From: Ginglymostoma cirratum
Lineage: Eukaryota
Reading direction: 5' to 3'
Length of the DNA: 64,000 bases
NCBI GenBank assembly: GCA_024137785.1
Contig: JAHRHZ010000068.1
Coordinates: 1,293,425 to 1,357,424, forward strand
Position numbers and translations under genes: made by a program. The notes below the pieces were generated by a model that searched no databases, was not told the DNA's origin, and worked only from the letters and a program-made list of their open reading frames with translations. Shown piece by piece: positions 49,622 to 63,472 of this stretch. Position 1 is the first letter of the stretch. Every line of letters starts with the position of its first letter.

Positions 49622-52600
49622 AGTTCTGTTGCTGCAGTGTGACATTTCCTGCCTCTGCATTCTGCCATTCAGTAAATGTGATACTTCAAGGACCTGAATG
49701 TTGCCATCAGCAGTACATAAGAACAGAATAGTTTTGTTCTGGTGTTCACTTGAAAAATTCTGGTTTGTCCTTGTGTTCTTGTTTTGGTTCAGAGTGCCTG
49801 TGTAGGAGAGAGAGTTTTAGTCTGTTACTTGACAGGACTTCACCATTAAATTACACTGCAGCTGAGGGTATTTCGTGGCTCCAGTTCAAGTTAAACCTAT
49901 TTGACAGTAGTTTTTATTACAATTACATTTCTTTGATATAGATCCTGTTTAGTATATGATGGCAAAATATGACTTTGCTGGCTGAGGTTCTCATACTGAG
50001 ACAATAGTCATTGCCTCATCAGCAATTTTTGCTGATGCACTGGGAATGACAAGACAATTTACAACCTATTTAATGTCTCACCCCTGATACTTTGTAAGTT
50101 CTTAACACTTACCCTGCTTTTAGCTATTTTATAATATGTTGCTGTTATATTCAAGCAGATATAGTTATGCTGCAAAATGAGCAACCAAAGAAAAAGCCCC
50201 TAACTCCCAATCAAACATCAAGCCCCACAGGACTTTACAACTCTCCTGAGATCAAGAGAGGAGCTTCATTTTACTGAGAAATAGTGCACAATAAATGAAC
50301 GAACAGCAGCAAAGAAAACACATGCAAAGGAAGATGGAGGAAGTTTGGGAGAGAAAGAGTGAGCTGTGGGAGCACATGAATGGAGGGAGTATGAAGAAGA
50401 AATCCACCGTGATAAAGATTTTCCTGCATTTCCACCAGATAACTTTTGGTTTATATTGGGAACCCCAATCTCACTGATGTAAACAGCACAGGGTTTGAGA
50501 ATGATCTCCCTCAATTTCCATTCATTACATCAAATAATATTTACAAACGTGTGGGCTGTTATAGTCAATAGTACATCAACATATTTGGCATTCCCCACAT
50601 TTTCCAATGTATTTGTTTCCTCGACATCCTGCAATTGGTTATATCAGATTTTGAACAACATATTTTGTTCATTAATGTTGGTGAGCTGCGCTAGTTGTTA
50701 AGTAAGTAAATGTACTGCCATAAGCAAAGCCCCTGATACCACATATCCTCATTCTGTGATAAATGGCTCATTAACGACTGCACAAAACAAGGGACCGCCC
50801 ACAATGACTGGATTTTAAAGGGAATACTGGTCATAATTTGGTAAATGGTAATCTGTTATTAAAATATATATTCAAGCAAATTCTAATTTTTGATTTTCTC
50901 TCTGTGCTAATTCGCTGATCTGAATTGGGAATACATTTGCAATTCTGAGCACTATGGGTTAAGGAGAGGAAGAAAATCTGTTAGATCATTGGTTATGATT
51001 GTCCAGTAAAGCAGTTTTATGGATTTGAGATGTGGGCAGTGTTGAGCAGGTACTGGTCAAATAACATGCTAATTTTCACTCTTCTAGCACCCAAACAAAG
51101 CACGTCCACATTAGCTAAGGACTAAAGATGAACAGCACCAATGGACATAATATACTAATATTAGTCAGCGTTGCCAGGGTAGAAGGAGAGAAAATTGGTT
51201 TGTTAAAGGCCTCATCAACAAATGGATGTTTCAACCATTGACGTGTACTTGCAATGTAAATATCAACACTATTTGGAAACTCAAATGTGTAATCCAAGAA
51301 CTTGCTCTGCAACAAAAATGTGAAGAATTATGATTGCATTATATTTCAAGCATGCTTTTGCAGCCTTAGTAATAAATAGTGCCTAAAGATTACTATTTTA
51401 GGAGAGTAGATCCTGTCAAATGAAAAGAGACCTCATATTGGGGAAATTTAAACAAAGTGCATTCTTTTAACCTAAGCATTTTAATCCTGCCATTTCAGCA
51501 TAAGTCGTGCATTGGAAGTGTGCAAAACTTTTCATGTGATAACCTGATAAAGCTTTGGCAACATAGGAAGAAAGGTTTAATTATCCTAAATGATAGGAAA
51601 CTTTAATTTGTAGCAAACATATAATCCATTGTTGATGAATAATATACCTTAACAATAACCGTAAAGGTACTACGTAAAACTTGATTTAATTATTTGAAGT
51701 ATATTATTATTTGTGAGGTTGTAAATGACAGTTTCATTATCTTTATGAATAAATATAAGTAGTTCGCTGATTAGTAGTGTTACTGGCAACTGTATAGTGA
51801 GATACAGCACTTTGGGTTGGCATGCTGTCATTTATACCTTCGCTTTCCTAATTATGAAACTAAGACATAAAGTGAGGTTGGCTATAATATACGTAGAAGT
51901 ATTCTGCTTGGTTTTTGTGTAGACAGTTGTTGAGAATGTAAATATTAGTGTATAAGTTGCATCTGTGCCGCAACTTGTACCTCTTCCAAAATTTGTGATG
52001 TTTATGATTTATGGATAGTTGTTATTGAAAATTTAGTTTTAACAATGTAATAAAATGGGTATGTCCAAGTGATCACAATATTATCAGTCATGTGCATACA
52101 TACTTCATTAGTGTTTAATCTAAGATGGTAGAATTGAGCTCAACATCCCTCCCAAGGCAGGCATTGGCTTTAAGTTCTGTTTTTGAACATTAATTTTACT
52201 TGCTAGAGTCACCAGTTGAAAACTCGAAGTCATAAAATGAGACCTGTTGAAAAGCTGATTTCCCTTAATACATCTTGAACAGGTTGTTTACTGCATACTT
52301 GTGCTCTTTCAGTGAACAAACATGGTTTTGTGGTTTGATCACAGGGTGTAACTATATTTTGATATTTGTTACAAAATATATTTGACTCTGGTAATAACAG
52401 TAGCATTGAAATGTCAGTATGACTACTACCTGCATGTCGGCACTAGTCCAGTGACTTTCAAAGAGATGTTTTATTGATTCAGAAATTGCACATAGCAGAA
52501 TGGACATATTCTCACTGCCCAAGGGCAAGGAAAGCCCCTGTATTGAGTACATCTGCTATTTCCACATATACAATCAAAACATTTGACATTTCTGGGTCGA

Positions 52601-54339
52601 AAATGCTGCACTTTTGAACTGTTAACTACCCCATTAACCTTTCTTTTTCTGAACCAATATCTCATAGAGAGGGATAAGACACAGTAAAATACAAATGCAA
52701 ACTTATGTCTAAATATTCACTGCAGACAGTGCTTACTTACTGTCAGTGTTGCAGTGGTCTCTGGTCTACCCAGTGCTGTCTGAAGAGAACACTCATTGTC
52801 AAGGGACTCTTGTCTTCTCTGTTGGGGACTATACGTGATAAATAATAAATGTACAATTGTGTCCTGTACATTGTATTTCTGATACTACATAAATCCATCT
52901 TTTCCCTTGAGTGCATGTGCCTGTCTTTGGATCCTGCTGTTGTACCATTCCTTAACACAGTAGGCACAGCATTCTGGTGAAAACTGAAAAAGAAGCTTTC
53001 TCAAGGGTCTAGTATGTGAGGTACCTCACTTGTTGTCACAAGAAACATGATTATATTCACAGTCTGTATCAAGGGATACAGCAGTTCTTATTCAGAAGTG
53101 ACTCTGTCAGGTAATTGAAAGAAAAGGAGAGACAACACATTTTATCCTCTGGTATACTCAGAGGGCCCAAGCCTGTTAAAGAGGGTTAGACATAAACAGT
53201 AATGAAGAGGAGTGTTATAATGAGGCAAGACAGACACCCTGTAAAATGGAAAGATTTATTCAGTCGATTATGAGCCTCGTGCAGACCTCATTTGTCTTAT
53301 TTACACAACATTACAATTGGTTCACCTTTACTGGGTGTTCTCCCTTCAGTAGTTTTCACTTAAATAGTCAACTTCCAGCAAAAGCAAATGTGTGCCCTTT
53401 TTTTTATCTGGTTGTGTCATTGTCCTTTACCAGCACCAAAATGCAAAACCTAACTAAAGGGTTGAGAGAAAAGAAATCCATGACTCAATTCCAAACATTT
53501 TGAGAAACCAAGTCACTTCCTTTGCTGGTAACCAGCATGTAAACAATATTCATTAATTATGAAATTTATCATTAAATCCTGCAGTACCAGCATTTTCTGT
53601 CCTGTTTTAGCACACAAAGAAGATAGTTTCAGTTCTGATCATATCAAAAGAAATCAACAAGCTCAAAAAAACTAAATATAGCAAAAATATTTCCATCTGA
53701 TTTGAGTGGGAATGTAATAAACTGGCAAACATATTTATAGTTGGTTTATAATTTTCTATTCCTGTCCCCCTCAGCAAGGTCAACATTTAAAATTTATCAG
53801 TGAAGGTATTGTCTGAAGAAGTTGAGAAAAAGTATTGATATACCCTTTTTATTGGCGTGTCATAGTATAAAAATATAAATTAGAATATGTCATGTTGGCC
53901 TTATCTGGATTTAGATGTCTGAAATTTTAAACTTTCAAGCAAAAATTGTTGACAGGGCATAATAGAAATTCGTATAAGAATGATTTATCAGGAATCACTC
54001 TGTGAATAGTCTTGTTTTATGTTCTAATTGACATTTCATTTTTTCAGCATGTCTTTGCAGTTGACAAATAAAATAACAATTTTGCAATAGAAAGTGGTTG
54101 GTATCTATTTTTTCAAGCATTAAAATTAATAACATACCAATGAAGAAAGCAAAACAGTATAATTCATTCAGGAAAAAAATCCAGGTATTGATAAATTACC
54201 ATATGACTACTATGTACAGTATTTTGATCTGATATCGAGCAGGCACTCCAGCAAGATCTGATTATGGGAGCTGCTGTACTCTGAAGACAATGGGTAGGAA
54301 AAACACAGAGGGTATTTAAAGGACCAAAAGTGAAATGTA

Positions 54340-55370
54340 TCAAAGAACTGCAGACACTGGAGATCTGAACCAAAATCAGAAATTGGTGAAACTTAGCAGA
54401 TGTGGGAAGAAAGCAGAGTTAATGTTTTGAGTCTAGTGAACCTTCATCAGAACTGTTAGAAGCTAGAAAAAATGGTATTTATGCTGAAGACAAAGTAGAG
54501 CAGGGAGGGTGGGAGAATGTAGTTTGAAGGGGAGAGGTGGATGGCGCTCAGAGAAAGATAGAAAGAAAGAGAGAGAGAGTGAGAGAGATGAAAGGGTTAG
54601 TTATACAAGGAGATTATGATTAGCAGGCCATGACCAAAGAAAAGCTGAATAAGTGATAATAAGATCTAAGAGTCGGAGAGAATGTGTGAGCTGTACTGAA
54701 AGCAACCCATATAATGTGATATAACAAGGTGTAGAGCTGGATGAACACAGCAGGCCAAGCAGCATCAGAGGAGCAGGAAGGCTGACGTTTCGGGCCTAGA
54801 CCCTTCTCTAGCATCTGCAGTTCCTACTATCTCTGAAACAATTTTAACCCCATATAATGTGATAATGGATCTAGGAGTAGGTGAGAGTGGGTGACTGTGC
54901 TAAGAGCGACCCATGTCCTAACAGGACTGGGAGTAGGTTGGGTAAAACACATGGAAGAATGGAATCAGGCTCTAAAGTTATTGAACTTGATGTTGAGTCC
55001 CAGAAGCTGCAGGGTCCCCAAGTGGAAAATGAGATGCAGTTCTTTGAGTTTGCACTGAGCTTCACTGGAACACTACGGCAGGCCTATGACACAGTGGTGG
55101 TGTGGGAACATGGTGGTGTGTTGAAGTGGCAAGCAACTGGAAGCTCAGAGTCATTTTTGCAGACCACACTGTGGACAGCAAATACAGTGGATTGGATTGA
55201 ATAGATTGACACAGGTAAAGTGTTGCTTCACCTGGACGGTATGTCTGCGGCCTTGGATAGTGAGGAGGGAGGAGGTAAATAAGCAGGTGTTACACCTTCT
55301 GCAATGATATAGGAAGGTGCTGTTGGGTTAAGAGGAGGTGATGGGAATAGAGAAGGAGTGAACCAAGGTG
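54340..55370 (-). mobile_element. Older PLE (family B) 3' part: GIY-YIG tail, pseudo-LTR and hammerhead remnant
   Basis: Reverse frames HCRRCNTCLF..VQVKQHFTCVN and VCKNDSELPVACHFN..KLKELHLIFHLGTLQLLGLNIKFNNF; hammerhead at 54417-54454 AGTT-CTGATGA-A-GGTTC-ACTA-GACTC-AAAAC-ATT-AACT. Confidence 0.8.
54722..54848. mobile_element. Small inverted PLE subfamily-A-type insertion nested in family-B PLE, 16-bp TSD
   Basis: Antisense pLTR ending in GACGTTTCGGGCCTAGACCCTTCT joined to sense tail AGCATCTGCAGTTCCTACTATCTC; CCCATATAATGTGATA duplicated at 54706-54721 and 54849-54864. Confidence 0.85.
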
Positions 55371-57669
55371 TACTGCTTCATATACTGTACATGTATATGA
55401 ATCTGTCGGAGAGAGTTGAACTCAGCAGTGATGCCCTATGATAAAAATAGCTTACTGGTGCATCATGTCACTTGAACAAGGTACCAGAAAGCTGTCTGTA
55501 TCAATGGACCTAAACCTCAACGTTCTCAGAAGAGAAGCAGTGAACAGTTGGCAGTGGGGGGCGGGGTTGGGCAGAATCTGTAGTTAAGGGGTGGGTGGTG
55601 CACAGTGACAAACAGGAGGAATTTAAACTCTTCAAATAAAAGATGTTTGTTCATAATTGATTACTTCTATATAACATACCAAGCTTTCGTATTTCAGCAT
55701 TTGACTTGGTTACCTGTGCTTTGGTTTGGTCTTTACCTATTTACTTCACACTAATTTTATGTTGTGATCGAAAGCAATGTTGCAGGCTTCAGTTCTGAAT
55801 GTACGAAATTGAATATTATCATTATGACTTCAAGTCCCCACATTAAAACAATTACAGAAACTAAAGGGTCAATGAAGAATGTAAGATCAGGTTTCAAGTC
55901 ACATCAAGCTATACATTTTCATATGAAAGAGGTAAAAAGGAAGCATTCTACTGAAAGACTTGCCAAGAGTATTTGTCCTAATATTGTATATATTTATTTT
56001 TCTTCATTATGCTTTGGGTGCATTTTGGATGGAAATACTATGTCCAAAGTGTTTTGCCCGTCTGAAGTAAGTAAATAGTTGTCTTTTGTTTATTTATTCT
56101 TCAAACCACAAGCAATCATGTAAAAATTTTGTTAAAGATCTGGAGTATCTTAAAGTGTGAAAAAAAATCAGAGGAGTTAGTAATTTGATTTTAGTAGCCT
56201 AACTATATATAGAGAGAGAAACTAGTAGAAAACAGAAGCACTGACAGCTCCCTTTTAGTGTCAGGAAGAAAAGAGCAGAGATGGGTTAGCTCCTCTAGGA
56301 ATTCACTGAGGTCACCCAACAGAATGAGTAATGGGTTACAGATGGGCAGGTTTGATCAAAAACAACAAAATGCTTGGTTTGTAGAAAGATAAATTAGTGT
56401 TACAGGTGTAATAGTCTTGATCCCCAAATGCTGCATCATGGGAAAGATGTTAGTGAAGGCACTGTTGAGTTTAATGATGTTGTGTCATTGCTCAAAAAAA
56501 TTGCATGGTTAGTTTTATTTGAGGAAAAAAAAGTATCTTAAACAATTTTTCCTGTACTTTGTTTTATGTTTGGCATGATAGAAGAAACAAACTTAAAGAA
56601 CTACTTTGAGATTCAGAGTGAGACAGCAGCTGTTGTGATAATGTTATGGTACTTCCTTCTGGAGGAACTGATTAAAACCATTGCTTCAATTCTCATTTGG
56701 AATTGACTGCCTTCAGTGGGAAACTTCTACCAGTTTGCTGCTGAACAGCTAGACCGGAGACTTTGAATGAGCAAAATATGTGATTCTGTGAATACACCAT
56801 TAGAGTACCATATTTCTATCTTTGGTGAAGCCAACAACCCAGACTGTATTGCTTCCTAGCTGAAAGAGGAAGTGTATTGCTGGGGGACTAAAGGGGGAAA
56901 TGAAGGGATGATTCACACTCAATTTCCATTTTTTTATTTACCAAGATAGTCATTTTTTTTCTCTTTTTCTGGCAAACAGAAAGGTCATGAAATGCTTTTC
57001 ATTAAGAGATACTATCAAGCTGCAAATAGAAATGCTAATTTTTCCTACCCAGTGCTGCAGCAGATCAGTGTACCAAAAGGATACACATATTTGTACGTTT
57101 CCACACAATGTTCACCAGCTGCTTAGGGGACATGTGGAGTAGAGCCGGAGAGCACTCTTAATGGGAACAAAAAATTAGATATGAGTTACCTTGAGTCAGT
57201 TTAGCACATCCTTTAGTGTTAAGATCTAGCCCTTTAGTGTTCCGATATAGACCAGCCTGGACTCAAGCAGAAGACAAGCAATTTATCCGTTTCATCTCCA
57301 AGTTAGGTAATGGTATTGAAGTAAGAGAGCATAGAAATAAGGAGAGAGATTTTAACAGAGAGTATTTTGTAAATAATTTTAGCAATAAGGTTAGCACTGT
57401 GATTCACTTCCACCTTGCCACAAGTCTATTTGTTTGAACAAAAAGAACAGCTATGTATCATTGAACTGCAAATATAGTGGACACTAAAATGTTATTCAGC
57501 TTGGAGCGCAGCATGAAGTATTTGATTTTCATTTTTCTGCAGTACCTCCCTGTGCTAATCATTCTTCTGCAGTGCCACTTCGATCTTTTATTTTGTCCAT
57601 GTTTTGACTTGCTTTTTGAAAGCTGCTAATGGTTTTGGGCTTGTTTCTTATTTTTCTCACAGAATGTGA

Positions 57670-57790
57670 GTATTACTACATAGGCCAGCATTATTGCCCA
57701 AACCTAATTACCCTTGAAAAGGACATGGTGAGTTGCCTCCTTGAACCACTGCAGTCCGTATGGTGCAGCTAAACCTCCGGTGCTGTTACA
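57670..57790 (-). mobile_element. LINE 3' end fragment
   Basis: AGGCCAGCATTATTGCCC..CTAATTACCCTTGA..GGTGAGTTGCCTCCTTGAACCACTGCAGTCC. Confidence 0.7.
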
Positions 57791-58169
57791 GAAGGAATTC
57801 CATGGGCACTGTGGGAATCCTATCAGGCTCTGAACGATGTAGGCTGTGGAGAGCTGAGCAGGAGAATTGGATGAGATGTTCAGCGAGGCCAATCACAATG
57901 TCCAAAATTTCGACATTTTGCCAAAAACCTATAACATTCAGCTCTGTGACCCAACCTCTGTTTTGTGCACAGGTGTTGAGTGCCAGGAGAGATCTCAACC
58001 ATGCATAGAATCACAACTGAACATGATCCTGCCATCTTACTTCACACATATGTATTTTCATCATTTTGTCTTGACCAGGAGGGAAAGCTTCTGCCCTAAT
58101 TACAAAGAAGTTATCACTATTCCAGAGGCACTCAGTGGAATTATATCAGGGATCTGAGTGATGAAGACA

Positions 58170-60935
58170 AAGGCAAGATTTGTGGCACAATGAGACAGGA
58201 AGTCCTGTCTTGACTTTGGGAGCATCTCGCTGCATCTCTTGTATTTCTGCTGAATGATAAAGCGAGTTTCTTGCTAGGTAACGGTGAGTTGTCAACTAAG
58301 AAGTATTATAGCTTGTTAAATGCTTGATGAACACTGCTGTTTGTCTCATTGACATCCAGCTTCCTATCTAACCAAACGTGTTGAACAGATTTGATGTCAA
58401 GAGTTCCCAATATGAAAATAAAGAGTGGCAACTTCAGCTCACCACTGACTCTGAGGAGCCTCCATGGTCATCAGCAGCAAATAGCATCTCACGGCACATT
58501 CCATAGGCACCAGCTGCAAGCACAATGTTCAATGACACTTGCTAAACCCTTATGACTATTCAGGCACCTCTCTGATACAGGCTGTTTAGGAAGCACAGAC
58601 CTGTATTATGAGGTGCACCAGAAGCTGTCATTGAAAGTCTGCTATAAGGAATCCTTGCATACAGGAACAAGCACCCAGCTGGCAAATTGGCCTAGACTGC
58701 ATCTCAGGGCTACGTGCTTATTCTCTCAGCGCTTGCTTACTGAGCCGCCAAGCTGCATCCTTGCACCATCCCTGCCTTGCTGTGCCAATTAGTATAGGCT
58801 TAGGGTTAACACTAACCCTATCAGATAACCAGGCAGCTTGCCTTGCTGGTTAGCAGTCCTCTGTCATGGGCACAGACGTCTTGACAAATGGCAGTGTGTT
58901 ACGTCAATCTTACATCTGCACCATGTGCCAGCAGCTTTCTGTAGGGGAGTAGTTTTCACTGATGTCCATGGAGACATCTGTCAGTCAGGGATTCCTGGCA
59001 CAGTAAGTCAGGGATAGCCTCCGATACTAGTCCAGGGGATTGGCCATGATCAGATAGCAGGTCAGGGTGACTTCAGCCAAGAGGCCATTGTCTGCAAGTC
59101 ATGTTCAGTCCTGTCACTCCACGGCAACTAATCGTGTTGTAAGGCGAACACGTTTGGGATATGTACAGGCACTGGTCAGGGTTCTTGTCTGTGGTTGTCT
59201 GAATAGGTCACTCAAGAGGGTGGGCCACGCTAAATCTGTCGGATCCATCCACAGATACTTAGTGGAAAGAGGGAATACTCAGGCAAGAGGGGCCGCTGCA
59301 GTGCGAAGGAGTCGGAAACCTATTCTTCAGGATGGAGACTGCATGATAGGAGAAAGGTGGATGATAGTTGTGAAGGAAAGGGCAGACAGTAAAACATGGA
59401 TGGGAAAGTGATCATGAAGGAGTGGGTGTTTGCCCATGGAAGTTAGTCATTATGTCCAAGGTAAGGAGCTCCAAGGGGTTTTGGGGGCAATCAGGCAAGT
59501 GAAGGCTCAGGTAGATGGGTTAGGTGGGACCTGGGGAAGTGCAAAGCCTGTGGGATTAACAGGAAAGGCCATCAGGAAGGAGATTTGGATGTCCAGGGCC
59601 TCACCATCACATTGAGCTAGACACTGTGAGCCACTGGGCCAAGAGTCACCTTTCTTGCTGCTGGAAATGGGAAGTACAGAATGGGAAAGGAAATAGCTGC
59701 GCTCATGCTCAGAGGGATTGAGTTAAATGTGAGGGGGGGGGGTTGCAGGACCCACTAAGAATCAATGAAAGAAAACAACATTGCACACAGACCAATGCAC
59801 TCCCTAATGCCTGACGATACATTGGCTTGTTGTTTTCTGTGAGCCTCCCTACTCCAGACATTGCTGACCATCTTTTTCACACCAATTCTTTTGGACACAG
59901 AGTCCAGAGGAAGAATAGGAATGTTGTAGGATGAGGACAGTGATGGACAGCAGGACCCATTGCTCTGTAAACATCTTGTTTCCTTTGCTCCCAGATGCTG
60001 TAGCAGGCTCATACCACAGGCATCAATCCTGTGTGGCTATGAAGTTATGTATCATGCTGGTACAGTTGCATTGAGCGCTATAGAGAAACTCAAATTTATA
60101 CAAATGTGAGAATTGATGTACACTGCAATGCCACCTGTACCACAAGAATGCCCTCAGTAGGTTTTCTTTTTTCCTTTCTCTGTCACTACATCTTGGTATA
60201 GACCATGGTTCCCGAACTGCGGTGGAGGAGGCCTGGTCAGCAATGGAACGCTCTAGCCCTGGAGGTTTGGTCAGGTGGCTCTTGGGACATTTGTATCTAG
60301 ATGGGCTAAATGTGTTGAGGGTCCTCTTGCCAGAATCTTCAAATTTCAAGGGTTGGTGGGAGGGAGGGAGGCCAGGTGGAAATGGAGGGCCTGACCACTG
60401 CTGGATTGTCTTGAGAGGAGACTTCTGAGGGTGTGGTTTCTCATCTGGCTGGGTGCCTCCTGGTACCATCCTGCCTCCTTGACAGGAATGGGCATGTAAA
60501 CTGAGTGCCAGTGTTCCTGTCATCGTGCCTTTGGTTCGAGGAATCAGTCTGAGGTGGGCAGTGGGAATGCAGGTGTATGTGCGTGTCTGTCCAGCAGACC
60601 CTGAGGGCACTAGGCCTGGGTCTCAAGGCAGGCACCAACCTGTCCATGGAGGCAGACGGGCGAGTGCATGACTTGCTTGCTGCATTGCTTCATAGGCACC
60701 GGAGATATTGGACTTACAGTGGATATTGTTGAGTGGTGAGTTGTTCTTGGAGCAGCGTGTGGTTAAATGGAGCTAAAATCAGACATCCAGGAGGCCATAA
60801 AGGCAGGGTCAGTCGCTAATGAAGCACCTTTGGTAAGATACTGCGAGAAATCTCACTGGACCTCGTGGTGTAAAAGCCACCCAAAAACACGATTCACCTC
60901 TCTCGTCACCAAAAAAAACCATGTAACATGAATCC
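58170..60935. mobile_element. GC-richer decayed repeat block, possibly PIF/Harbinger-derived
   Basis: Composition shift relative to flanks; weak RYIGLL followed by acidic stretch (~59815-59950, +) reminiscent of HARBI1 C-terminus; no clear TIR/TSD seen. Confidence 0.25.
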
Positions 60936-61485
60936 ATTTTATAGTGTCTCTATTGCATAGATTTGCTATCTTAGCATGAATTTAATCAAACTCCATGCAT
61001 TTTTGGCTTCATGCTGGATTGCACAGTCACTTATTTGGTTAACCATTAGTCCTGCCTGATCCTACAATATTTCATTGTAGGAAACAATTCAATGAAACTG
61101 CCTAACATGTTTTAAATGACTGCCATGGTTGCCATTTCATTCCTGTCCCCAATTTACCATAGTATTTTAAAATTTATTCCTAATGTTTCAATCCTGTCCA
61201 ACCAAGAAATGATAGAAAGACCATTTAAAGGAACTATAAAGAATCTAAATTCTTGTTATTTTTGTTGAACAGTTTTTCTGTACTATCAAAAACTCTGACC
61301 TTCACATCTGAAATCTAAGTGGTATGTTACTGTGCCTTTAGTAAAAACCTTAGTTAGATTGAGCCCTCTCATTACCTTGTTCAGTTTAACATTTTGATTT
61401 TAACCAAACTTGTAAACAAGCGTGTGAAGAATCTTTGAAACAATCCCAAAAATCTGATCAGGTAGGAAATCAGCAGTAAGCAGAT

Positions 61486-61803
61486 ACATAGATCATAGAA
61501 TCCCTACAATGTGGAATCAGGCCCTTCAGCCCAACAAGTCCACAGTGACCCACAGAGGAGCCCACCCAGACCCACACCCCTAATCTATACATCTCTGAAC
61601 ACCATGGGCAATTTAGCATGGCCAATCCACCTAGCCTGCACATCTTCGGACTGTGGGAGGAAACCAGAGCACCAGGAGGAAACCCACGCAGACATGGGGA
61701 GAATGTGCAAACTCCACACAGACAGTCGCCCGAGGGTGAAATTGAACCCGGTTCCCTGGTGCTGTGAGGCAGCAGTGCTAACCACCAAGCCACTGTGCTG
61801 CCC
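61486..61803 (-). mobile_element. HE1-type SINE
   Basis: Full HE1 pattern from CATAGAATCCCTACAATGTGG to GCAGCAGTGCTAACCACCAAGCCACTGTGCTGCCC. Confidence 0.92.
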
Positions 61804-62869
61804 CCTAATCAGATATTTATTAAAACATGTAAAATAGGTGAGAAGGGATTAGTGAATCACTTGATGATCAGGGCTGTTCAAAGGGTCATATTATTCATGG
61901 TTCAACTCTCACCTAGGCTAGGTGCGTTTACATGTTGAATTTGGGTTAGTACATTTTCATTGAGACGGTTTATCTTAGATAATGAATGGTATTAGAAAAT
62001 CTCTTATTTTGACATAAACAGTCTTACATTTTGGGGAATGTTTTGGGGAAAGCATTGGATTTCATTTTTTCCTCTCTCTTCCCTAGTTATACTTTCTCTG
62101 ATTCATTGTCATTTGTCCTGATTAATCCATCACAAAGAATCAATGGTTAGGTGAGTTATAGACTGCTTTCAATGGAAATGCTTCATGGATACACTGGCAG
62201 GTAAATGTGCTGTCTATGATAGAAGATAGATAAATGGTCAGTTTTTCCTGTGGTTGGATGTCTCACCTTGTGGATTAGTTGGAAACTGATGAGAGTGCCT
62301 ACCTGTACTAACAAACCTATATACTCTGTAGTTTGATCTTCACCAAGATTAATGCAACATTGCAACATCTATGGTTATGATAAGCAGGCATTTTAAGTTC
62401 CTTGCCAGTTCACATACCAATATGTTTTAAGTTAGTTATAAATAAGGCACTCATGGGAAGCAGTTCATGTTTGGTGTTCAAACCCTCTCTTGCCACTTGT
62501 AGCTTTACTGGCAAAGATGAAAGATGGTGCTCCCAGGACTTTATCAGTGCCCTTCCCTACCTGCGCATACGTAGTTTTGCAACAAAAGGCTTGATATGTC
62601 ACTGTTTGTTTTTTCCCTCCTCTTTGTTGACAGAGTTGCCTCTCTCTGCCTACAGTTTGTTGTGAATTGCAAGCTCAAATCTGAGACAAATTGGATGTGT
62701 CAGTCTTTTTCTGTCTCTATGTTTATATGATCAAAAGTTTTTAGACTAAGGTGCAATGCTAGTTTCAACAATCGTTTTTTAAAAAATTTTGAGCCACTTA
62801 TTCTAATTGATGAAACAAAATGTTTAGACTTTGAACTGCTTGCTATAAATTCTGTATTAATGTAGATTA

Positions 62870-62945
62870 ATATCCTGAGATGGCTCAAAGTGTTTCACAA
62901 AATGAGTTACTTTTGAAGTACAGTCCCTTTCCATGTAGGCACCTG
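62870..62945 (-). mobile_element. DeuSINE/L2-type 3' tail fragment
   Basis: CTCAAAGTGTTTCACAAAATGAGTTACTTTTGAAGTACAGTC is the reverse of the SacSINE1-type tail. Confidence 0.45.
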
Positions 62946-63472
62946 CTAACGAATGTTTTTCACGTCAGTTAAGAACTTTGAATGAAATGGAGTAATTTTT
63001 ACAGAAAAGTTACTGTAGTAACTGAAGTAATAACATTTTTTCATTTTTTGTTGTGCCTAAATTAGAAAGAGTGCCTAATAATAATGCTTCACTATTACTC
63101 AGCCATCACAAAATGTATAAAATCCCAAATGGACTACCAAAATTACCAATTTGCCTGACTGACTGCCATTCGGGACAAAAGCAGTTCACACCAGGTTCAT
63201 CATTAACAGAAAGTCACATTATTTTTTGTAACACACAGCTTTAACTAAAAGCAGGGAAGATTAAATATTCCTAATTTACTACTATAAAACTTAATCTGTA
63301 CCCTCTTCAACCATCTCAAATACACACACACCCATTCATGATTAAGACAGATAAACTGCATGGAAAAATAATATAGACAGGATAAATAAAGTTCCAAAGG
63401 TCAGAAGTGGAGATGTGAAGGATAGGTTAAATTGTCTCACACAGTTGCTCTTGGTTTTGAGAACTGGTGACA

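Noticed and set aside
60023-60610. 195-aa ORF, longest in window
   Set aside because: Non-ATG start, no recognisable domain, lies in a decayed repeat-like block
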